Below are positions 25,310-35,324 of a DNA stretch of 64,000 bases, in pieces. The notes beneath the pieces were generated by a model. It saw nothing but the letters and a program-made list of their open reading frames with translations, made no database searches and was not told where the DNA came from. Source of the stretch: Marsupella aquatica (taxonomy: Eukaryota; Plantae; Marchantiophyta); the NCBI GenBank assembly GCA_973895155.1, contig OZ316894.1, positions 10,943,874 through 11,007,873 on the forward strand. The letters are read 5' to 3'. Position 1 is the first letter of the stretch; each line of letters starts with the position of its first letter. Both the position numbers and the translations under genes were made by a program.

Positions 25310-26758
25310 ACTACAGTGGTAGGAGAAGCGTAGTCCACATGAATGGCCAATGCTCATGTACTGGCAGGGAACCATTCAGTGTTTCCGTGATAGAGCTACA
25401 TTACTATCTATCAGGGCTACAGTGAGACATCTGATCCTATGGCACAAGTTGAGTTCATGGCGGGCAGGGTGGGACAGGTGGTACCTGCAATCTGTCCGCA
25501 TGAACTGCACAAAACCTGAATAAGCACTGTAATCAAAACACATATTTAGGTAGATCTTTGTTGTTGTTGATTTCCCAACCTGGATCTTAGCATGATGTTC
25601 GGCTCAATCCTTTCTAAGACAAACTATTCTAAATAACACTATGAAGAATGGACCTAGTGTGCTGAGCTATGGTCCTTCTAAATATTCCAGCAAACAATTG
25701 TTTGTAGGGTATGCCATAGTTTCCCAGGGACATCTCATTGCTCAGGTAGGGGTTAAGCAATAAAAATGTGAGTTGGTTGAAGGCGCAGAGTAGCAGGACG
25801 AGTTGGTGATGCCAGACAGAGGGTGTACTAGACCAGCTAAGAGACTAGGTTGCTCCAAATGTAGTGTAAGATGTCCTCCTATTCTTGCAAATTGCACCTA
25901 GTACACCAAGATGATTTGTCGTACAGACTCAGGTAGTTGGGGGTTTCTCCATTGCTGTGTAGCCGGGATTCTGTAGATCAGTTGCCAAAGGTAGCAATTT
26001 TCAGTTGCCGCCCTAAACAGAAGCCAAGTATTCTAGCCCATTTGGATATGGCCTTGTGAGTAGCAGTACGTCCTGGCTTGCCCCTGGGCACAGATGTGCA
26101 GTGTTGGTGTCAAGGAAAGATCTTCCATCTCTCCAGTTATACTGAGTGATAATGGCCAGGTCCCCAATGGGATTACCAATATGCTGACTGACCGTAGGTG
26201 TGGATGTGAACATTATGATCAACACACAGTTGAGTAAGGAGCTCACCGGAGGAGCATGGATAGCAGTAGGGTACAGAAAACCATTGGTCACAATGAACAA
26301 ATTAACCGGCTTGGAGTGGCCATGGGATCGTTGCCATTGTGAGGTGATGTGTTTGTGTGGTACCTTGAATTCCCAAATCAGGTGAGATTTATTGGGGAAG
26401 ATAGCGTCCATCAACAATGGCTCCTCCAACTCTCTATCAGAGTCCAACTCAGGTACAATCTTGAGATTGGCCAACAGATTTCAATAGGCAATTGCACAGT
26501 TCCTAGGTAAAAGTCAGGATCATCCTCCCAAGACAAGAGTTGCCCATCCGATGAAAGGACATCCTTCATAGTCACAAAATCAACATGATAGATTCTGGGT
26601 TGTGGATTAGACAAGCCCTTGACTTGGTTGCTACGTATGTGGTTGAGGTGTGGCCTCTAGAGCAGCAGATTGCGCCAGCCTTCCAAGTGACTAGGTGGAG
26701 AGGGGCGTAGCTGCTTCTTGATGACATTCTACCCGATGTGGATGTTGGTCCATACCTT
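25310..26758 (-). mobile_element. L1-type LINE, 3' segment (post-RT region and zf-RVT), degenerate
   Basis: CYLWQLIYRIPATQQW...WCTRCNLQE*EDILHYIW zinc-binding motif at ~25830-26000. The frame joins the 43638 segment across the CACTA TSD (PFGGC-K-VWTNIHIG*NVIKKQL). 3' end approximate. Confidence 0.8.
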
Positions 26759-29700
26759 CACTAGAAGAAAACCACCCATTCTGAGACCCTCCCCTATGTG
26801 ACTTGTGCGAGACCTTCATAAATATGCGACTCCAAGTTTGTGGGTGTCATGTTAGTTACATCATACCAACTAAGTTTTGGTGAGGTTGTGGGAAGTCATG
26901 CTTACAACTTTATCCAATGTCGCTATTGTAACACTGGTAAGTAAGAAATAGGTAAGTTATGTTAGTTACTCCACAATAGTGCAATATGAATTGGACATCA
27001 TTTTTTAAAATTCCGTCAGCATGCATACCCCATTAGCCAATTTCGGATGCCAATCCCTAATATGCAACTCCCGGTGCAACTACATATTGCACACTCATGG
27101 TTGGCGAGGTCCAAATATAATGGGTATAAATATGGGGGTTTTCATCAGAATGGTGGGTACTTTCACTTATAATGTGGATTCATACCTGACTATATTTGGC
27201 CTTGTTCTTGACCAAAGTGCACTCTCCCCACATTGAACTTTTTGCTAAGTCATTTGCATTGGTTCTTTTATGTCCAAACCAACCTGTTTGCTAAGTCACT
27301 CGATGGCTGCCCACATGTGAGGGGTACTACTTTCCCTCAGGGTCAATGTACCTTGGAGGTTGGTTTTGCGAGAGATTTTGGGGGTACTACTTGCCCTAAG
27401 TGTTCAGGGTCAGTGTGCCGTAGAGGTTGGTTTTGCGAGGGAAATTGGGATTCGACGACCTTCATTCCAGCTGCACTCTTCGCGAACTTCCTGCAGGGTC
27501 GTTTGAAAGTGTTTGAGCGAGACTGGACTTTAGGGTGCAAATGTGTTTAGGATTGGGCCTGCTACGAGCGTCAGTGTGGAGGTCTGCCAATCAGTTTTGA
27601 GGGGAGTCCATTGTCGCTTTTCAACCTGCTGGTGAGCTAAGCTGCTATTGAGTTTCAAGTGAGAGCTGCCGACTTGGAGTTGAGCTCTACGAGGTGGTGC
27701 CTGAGTGTACATCTGCTCGACATACTTTTGGGAGCTCGTAGTTGGTAGGAGGGCCAAGTCGTTGCACAAAAAGTTGCAGCCGTGACAGTGCAAACTAGCT
27801 AGGTGGAGGCTGGTTACTACAAGCAAGGCGAAGGATCACTGCGAGCTAGGTGGAGGAATGTTGCGCTGCTTCACATTGTCAAGAGACATGCTGCATCAGC
27901 CCAAGTAAGGTTGCATTGACCTATCTATCTCTATGTCTATAAGGTCCTAACCGATAGTCTGCTTAGTGAGGTCCTGCTTTAAGCTACATTTGTGCGATTG
28001 ATTGTGTCCTGAGAAGCTTAACCATCACATGGGGGAACGGTAGCAAGAAAGGAGGGGTGGAGCCTGATGGTCGCCAAATATTCAAACAGGGTCGCCTTTT
28101 AGGGTTTAAGAACAACTCATATCCTAAGTCCCGGTGTTGCAGTGGTGTCCCCGACCCTAAGATGCCACCCGAAATCATCTTTCTTGTTTCCTGCTGTTGC
28201 TGATCATGTATGTATGTTCTCCCCTATTTTTGCTTACTGATTGGTCTCTCCACACTTCTTGCTTGACATGACTGTTTTGCTCCTCCCTGTATCAGAACAT
28301 GCCTTGTGCCCCGTGCTCTGGCAATGGGGTGGGGGGGTGAACAGACGGCCTTAAGGTCCACTAAATTTATAGGAACCGTGCAATCGTTCAGCTGATTTTA
28401 GCAGCAAGTTCCCTTGCTTTCCCCTGTTTTTGCTAGGATCCCTCCCCACTAATCACATGCATCCTTTACTTTTCTCGGTGGCCCGTGCACCTGCCTTCCT
28501 ACTTTCGTTCTTATGGACTTTCCTTAGGTTTTCTTTCACCTGATTTTGGACTTTTTGCTCCGGTGCAATCTGTCTTGACAACTTGTGTTTGTTCTAATTG
28601 TTAATATCTCAAGAGGGTCGTCAACTAAGCTCACAGGAGTCAAAGCTAACTACAAGCTAGCAAATAGGGAGAATGCTCCCAAGTCGAGTCAGGAGGAAGT
28701 TACTAAAACTAGACCTTCAGAACTCTCAAAACTGGAAAGTGAAATTCAGCTTGAGACACGCAGCTGAAGGCCACAAGGATAACTATATGGCCACGCTGTC
28801 CCTCATTCAAGTCCAAAGTCCTCTTCAGATTGTCTGAACTCCTATCTGAACTCCTGAACTGGATGAAGTCCTGTCTGAATGTGAAGTTCAGATTGGCAAT
28901 CTCAAATGGCAAGTTCTGAACTCTTGTCTGAACTTCATCCACCCTTCTAAACTGGGATTTGTGCTACGTGTATAGACTCCACATTGTTGCTTCTCCCTTT
29001 CGGGCCAGCCCTCCTTGTGAAACGTAGGAGCACGATCATGGCACTTACACATAGTCTGACATTCAAAAAATGCTACTTCTCAGCAGCATGTTTCGAGTAG
29101 TTTGCCTGTGTGTTGAGCCCGGGGTTGAGCCTAATTATTTGTTTATTGCTTTAGTAACATGCATGGCCAATTGGTTTCTCTTCATGTAAAGGCAAGTTTT
29201 TGAAACTTACTACTTGAATTGGTGGTTTGAATTTAGTTAAGTGTTGAGAAATTAGCATTCACACTAACTATTTTTCTTTTGTGATTGAGTTCTCTTTGCT
29301 ATTGAATGTATTGAATAATTATTTCATCACAGAAATTTTCAGAACAAACACGGAAGCACCAGGGGGCTGAGGATTGGATATTGAGGCTGAAGACATTGAG
29401 GTAATAAACTGGGTGTGGTTCGGGTGACAATGTTAGCAACTGGTGCTTCTTCAGGGGAACTTCCCATGTGCAATTTATCCACACATGATTGACTTTGGTT
29501 CTTGCTGTTTTTCTTTTGGTGTACTCTTCAGTTTGGTGTCACTCTATCCTTTCCTGTAGCCTCGAAATAGGAACACACCTGCTTAGTGGTCCCCAATTGC
29601 CCAATGATTTATAATGACTGTGTCTAGGCGATGTATGCATTGCATGTTCATTCCAGAAGAATGAATATGTACACTTTGCACAAACCTGGACAGATTTTGA

Positions 29701-30105
29701 ATGTTATTTATCTGAGTTTCTGTTGTGAGCTCTGACTTGGAGCCTTAACATTTGTGTTTCTGTGGGGCTGAGCAGAGTTTGTTCCGTCCAGAAGCTGCTG
29801 TACTGAAGTGATCGGCCTCCGGCTTGGAGGTGAATCTTCAATTTTTTGTGGATCCAAGTGACTTCTGTCCAGCTGAGTTTTGCTTTGTCGGGACGATTGT
29901 GTTTGGCTAAGATGCTAGATTGTGGCTTGTCTTCTTGCTTCCAGCTTGTGTATATTCAATTAATAGAAGTTGGGAACGAAGTGATAATTGAATTTCCTTA
30001 TATTAAGCATCTTGACCTAGAAACTCAATACATAAACTCCTGGAGTCCCTCGGGACATAAAATGAGCCAAATTGTTTCAAAATTGGGAACCTGCACCCGC
30101 ACTAC

Positions 30106-30445
30106 TCAAACAAATGTGTTGGGCTTGGTGGCCTTGTAAGTCGTCTTTAGCTTTCGCGATGGAGGTTGAATCTTGCGGTACATCAAGGGGAACTTGATCT
30201 TTGAATCATGGAACTGCTTGGTACTTTCTCGCTTGCACAGAGAGACAGGGACTGTCATAGTCTTGATGATCTGGATGCAAGGGAACCGAACTCTATGACA
30301 AGAAGCCATCTCATCATACATCTGCTGTGTGGTTGTTTAATGTGGTATCACGATATTTCTTGTACATGTTGGGATAACCTGTACAACTCTGATACCTCAC
30401 CCAGATACCAAAGTTCTTAATTGTGGTGGGCTTCTTTTCGAAGAT
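30106..30445 (-). pseudogene. RPL18A: Captured terminal exon of 60S ribosomal protein L18a (eL20)
   Basis: After acceptor ctaccag: [37 protein letters not shown] [frameshift] [22 protein letters not shown]...[40 protein letters not shown], clearly plant RPL18a. Confidence 0.93.
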
Positions 30446-31452
30446 CTGGTAGACACATTATTCAGCATTTGCTAACTTCGAAACTAGAAGGGTAACACAT
30501 TAAACAACAGAGAAACTCACAACATCCTCCTTTGGTCCTTCAGAGTCTGTACTTTGATTATGAAGTTTGACTGAGTTTCTGTTTACTGAAAGAATGTGAC
30601 TGTGTAAGAGTTCCGTTTGGCAGTGGATTGGTTGAAGCACTTCATGCTAGTGTGTTGTCCACAGCTCTTCAACCAGCTTTCGTCTTCCTTGTCTTTCACC
30701 ACTTACGATGACATCAATTCAGCTAAGACCATAGAAGGTTCCAAAGCATCTAACTTGTAAAATCGCATTCTGTTACATCAAGGACTAAGGTGTTGGGTGC
30801 CAAAGGAGACAGCACAACAAACACGCTGAAAGACTTCAGGACTGGGTTCAACAAGGTAGTGAAGGTGCTTAGAGCCATAGTAAGTATGCATTCTGTATCT
30901 TTCTCTGTTGATGTGAGCTTGTGCATAATGGGAGTTGTAGTTGGCAAGAGTTCCAAATATGAATAGATCCAGAAGTATGTGATCATGTACTTGCTCTATA
31001 AAGTTCTGAAGATATAAGCATTTTCTGTTAGACCAGGCAACTTGGGAGTTGGTAAGTGTCACCTGCATCTGAGGGGCTACACCGGGGCATCAGTGGAGGT
31101 TCACTTGCACAACACGACAACCAGTGAATTTTCTCTCTGCTGCAACCTGCAAGGTGAGACTTTCGGTCTTTCTGGATGAAAAAACAGGAGTTTAATATGA
31201 TTGATATACATGTTCGTCGAGAATATGGGTTTATCACCAAGCTCTTTGTCTTAGGAAACTCATAAACTCAGAATCAAATATGTACTATGCACGTTTCATG
31301 CTATGTGTATACTATGACCTGTAGTTGGAACCAAGACAATGAGTGGGAACTGATTAGTTTAGGTGGTTGCTGTTGGCGAGGCAAGTCGACCTCCTGCTCA
31401 CCTTGCTCATCAAAGGACGTGAACAGAGGACATCACAACGAAAGCAACACTT

Positions 31453-31902
31453 ATGGTGAGGACCCGCAACGCTGAACATGTGCGACTTGCACGCAAGGCA
31501 GAGATGTTGCGCCTTGAGTATGTCAGACTTGGGATCCTTCCAGCCCAGTCTGCATGGTACTTTGAGTACCCTGTTGTTTCCAGGAACAACTACAGCCGGC
31601 CTCTACCTGCTTCAGTACCCTTCCCGACATCCTTGGTATTTGTGTCTCTTGTACATGACCCGCCACAAATTAGGTGCCAAGGGTGTGTACACAGTTGCCA
31701 ATATGACTGTCCTGCCTGTAGGGCTTCTGGCCCAGAATTGGATGACCGTTCTCTTGGATGCCGATTTTTGCACAGAGCACAATGTATCATCTGGAACCAC
31801 TCGCCATCCTGCAGTGTGCCTGGTGATGTCACTTGTCCTGCCCTCCCAGACCCCACCACCGGTGACTTTGGTGTCTACACATGTTTGGATCACATGCTCT
31901 AG
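31453..31902 (+). CDS. CACTA accessory ORF1, Cys/His-rich putative zinc finger (PHD-like), 149 aa
   Basis: Open from ATG to TAG; CQGC..CPAC..CRFLH...C..CLDH pattern; basic N-terminus MVRTR. Family not recognised with certainty. Confidence 0.5.
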   Translation: MVRTRNAEHVRLARKAEMLRLEYVRLGILPAQSAWYFEYPVVSRNNYSRPLPASVPFPTSLVFVSLVHDPPQIRCQGCVHSCQYDCPACRASGPELDDRSLGCRFLHRAQCIIWNHSPSCSVPGDVTCPALPDPTTGDFGVYTCLDHML

Positions 31903-32602
31903 AGGACCACTTGTCACACCGCATGCACAGACCAGATACCATTGACCTATAGCTTAACACTCTGACTTCAACATAGAGGATATTTACTTAAAATTTTGAT
32001 GTATGAGCAATTTTGGGTCCAGGGTTTAGGGTCAACAGTACATAACTTATATCCTATTATGCCTGCACTAAGCAAAATATCCTAATTTAAGAGGCTAGCA
32101 AACTCGCATAAAAGTCTCTATTGAAAGACTGCTTTCATGACTGCTTTAACCTGGTGAACATTGCAACGTTGAATGAATTAATGGGCCATGTGATAATATG
32201 CAAAATGTGATTTATGCCTCACTTATTTGTCTCAGCCACTATCATAACCTATTTAGGATGTATAAATTTCAACCCTTATGACACTGCTTCATACCAATCC
32301 TCTTCGAAGAATGCCTGTTTTACATGTCACGACTATTGTATGTGATTCAAATGCATGAAATGTTGTTGCAGATCTCCTTTGGTGAATCATAGCCACAATT
32401 AAAATTGAGGTGTTGGTGGAGAAATTGTATTAGGGGATCAGTTTTGCGTGTGGGCTCAACATACCAAAAGTATGTGTGCTTCGCATCCTTGTGTGGCCAT
32501 TCCAATTCATTGCAGTAGCAAATGCCTTTGTACCTTAAATGCTAAATATATTTTACTTTCTGTGTAGTCTGCTAAATTGTAGAGTCTATCTCATGCGCAG
32601 GC

Positions 32603-33285
32603 ATGGCACGGCCTAAAATTCAAGCCAAAAAGCGTGTGACAGAGGTGAGAAACACAGGTGTACTTGGGGCAGATGCTACTAACTTCTCTGCAAGTCAGAT
32701 TTTCCAGAAGGCAGCTCATTGTTGTGCCATTTGTGACGATGGTGGGGGCCTGGTCATTTGTGAGGGCCCTTGCATGAGGCATTTCCACCTCAACCCGGAG
32801 TCTGACCTTGCTGCAGAAAACAACTGTCCAGGGGTGGGCCTCCCGTCAACACACCAGGGAGATTGGATGTGCACTGATTGTTTGGAGAAGCAGGCTAAGT
32901 GTGCACAATGTGGGAGTTGTTGGGGTCCTATGAGGGCTCTATTGATGCTGCAGCAAATGTTAGGAAATATCCAGACCGTTTTTGTGTGAGATTTTTCTAT
33001 TTTGAGTGTTTGCCTGCTCATGCCACAGCTTGCCCACTTCATAGGTGCAAGGCATGTGGTGAGCATGATGATGACTACTGGACTGACATAGTCCACTGTG
33101 CTAGGTGTCCCACTATGTGGCACTATCATTGCCTGAAAGATCATCAAGCAGAGGGTTATGCTTGTGACAGAGAAATCTATGATCACTCTGCACATGGTGT
33201 TGATCGATGGATATTTTATTGTCATCGCCATGCCATTGATCCTACCTCGCGCACTCCTGTGAGAGATCACATATCTTGGCTGTGA
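32603..33285 (+). pseudogene. CACTA accessory ORF2, stand-alone EDM2-type composite PHD cassette (one frameshift near 32912)
   Basis: CAICDDGGGLVICEGPCMRHFH...C...W.CTDC...KCAQCG | LGS...C.RFF..EC...CPLHRCKAC...CARCPTMWHYHCL...IFYCHRHAIDPTSRTPVRDHISW parallels the EDM2 PHD region as I recall it (CAICDNGG..CCEG.C.RSFH ... CPLHKC..C ... CRRCPKSYH ... IYC..H.ID....TPVRDH). Confidence 0.85.
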
Positions 33286-33877
33286 AGCTAAACATTGTAC
33301 ATGCACAGTGCACCTGATGTGGATGTACTATTTTTTGAGATTGCAGAGATTCCAATTTTGAAAAGGAGTTGGGTAGGTGAGTTTATATAGGCAGCACTTA
33401 TCTTGTGCTCTGGCGTCAGTGGCTGGGTACATGCCTATACAAACTTATCCTTACAAGCCTTCTTGGAAGTATTTAGGCTGAGTGGTCATTTTCATAAACA
33501 CTTTCATCAGACTGCTAAATTAAAACAGGACTTCTAAGTTGTAAGCGTATAAATTATCAGGCATGCAATTAATCAAATTGCCCTATAAGTTTATCATTGA
33601 ATGTATCCTCCTTTACAACAAAATATGTATGTGCCATGACAAGTTGGTTGCACTTCATTTCACCACGGATATGGATTTTGTAGTATATATTCAAACAATG
33701 TCCTGCATCCGTGCAGGTGCCTAGTACGTATTGTTCACATATCCCTTGTACCTATCAAAATCGGACCTGAGCACCAGTGGGCCAGATCAACTCAAAAGGC
33801 AGGAATTTTGTTGTCCTTGTATTGTCAGGTGAACCCATTCTTCCAAAATTCACTGTCATCACGTAGGGTGTGTGTAC

Positions 33878-34750
33878 ATGGAGCCTGGTAAACGTAGAAA
33901 GTGTGACCACCCAGCAGTGTTTACAGGGGTCAGAGCGATTTTGGTCCATGGCCAGCATGGGTTGACCAAAGTGCATTGGCCAACTGTACAGAAATGATTC
34001 TCTGAGCTCCATGGCACTGTAGTTCAGGACATCACTCCAGAGACTACACATGTTGTTGCAGGGACATGGCTATCAGTGATAAAGAAGTGGTCATGGTCCT
34101 ACATGAATTCTGCAATTACTAAGCAAGGCCTAAAAGTAGTTGAGGCCTCTTGGATCACAGATTCCATAGCACATAAGATTGTACAGGATACTGAGCAATA
34201 TGAGTTGTGGGAGGATGAAGAAGCTACTGCATCAGCTTGGGCTGAACAAGAAGTCTGGGAAGCAAAGGCACGGCTTGCTGATCTCCAATATGGACCTGTA
34301 CTCAACAAAGGACAGAGCTCTACAAGGCTGAAGAGTATGTTGGCTGAGGAGACGAAGCAACCAACCCCCATTCTGAAAGGGCTGAGCATGGTATTTGTGG
34401 AGGCGGGAATTGGAGAGGTTAAGTGCAAAGTGTACAAGTCCACAGTGCTTGACCTAGGTGGGACAGTGGAGGAGAATATAACAGAGGACACCACTCATGT
34501 CATTACTAAGTCATATCCCAAAGCCTGCCGCAAGTTTGGGAAGGGAGACATTCGCTTTTATGTCATGTCCCATAATGTGTTTGTGGTTTCATATGCTTGG
34601 CTTGTGGAATCAGTAGCAGCTGGGAAGCGTCAAAACCCAATGGACTATGATCTTTTTGAGGCCTGGCCATGGAAGGGTCAGGATCCTTACAGAGAGGACT
34701 ATGAGACAACAAGTGAGGAATGGGTCATTAGCGATTCTGAATCAGAGTGA
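33878..34750 (+). pseudogene. CACTA accessory ORF3, tandem BRCT protein (Pol lambda-like BRCT), 290 codons with one in-frame TGA at 33995
   Basis: MEPGKRRK..VFTGVRAILV...*FSELHGTVVQDITPETTHVV...VVEASWITDSI (BRCT1) and ILKGLSMVFVEAG...LGGTVEENITEDTTHVI...KFGK...SYAWLVESVAAGKRQNPMDYDL (BRCT2); acidic tail. Confidence 0.82.
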
Positions 34751-35324
34751 GGAGTAGTAGCATCAGTTTGGACACAAGTTTTTTTGTATAAATCAGATCA
34801 TTGAAATAAATGTGATCTTTGAACTAATGTACCTTGTTATGGTTGGTGGCAGTTGGGCTTATTTTACTGTTGGCGGATTGTTGTTTCCTGCTGCCTGGGG
34901 GTGTCACTGTAAACGTACATGCAGAGGCGGTACATTTGAGGACAGCGGAGGAGGTGGTGACACCCTCCAACATTTAGGAATTTTGTGTCATTCACTTGAC
35001 AATAGGTACACTACTTGCGAACCTGTTTTTTTCTTTTGGGGTGGTTTAGGGTTTGTGAGAATTTAGTACACGTTATGTTAACTCTTTTGGCAGATACAAT
35101 CAGGGATATATGGAACACAAATACCACCATTAGGCATCCTTGTTCACTGCTGTCCATGACTGCAGAGCTCCCAGCCTGTTACAATGCACCCTGGTCACCA
35201 CCCTCCCCAGACCCAGCCCAGGGCACAGGCACTGCCTTTGCATCATCCCACAAGGATATCACGCCATGATAATAAGCTTTGGCAGCGTGAAAGGTTACGA
35301 ACCAGACTTTCAGGAGCCAGTAGG

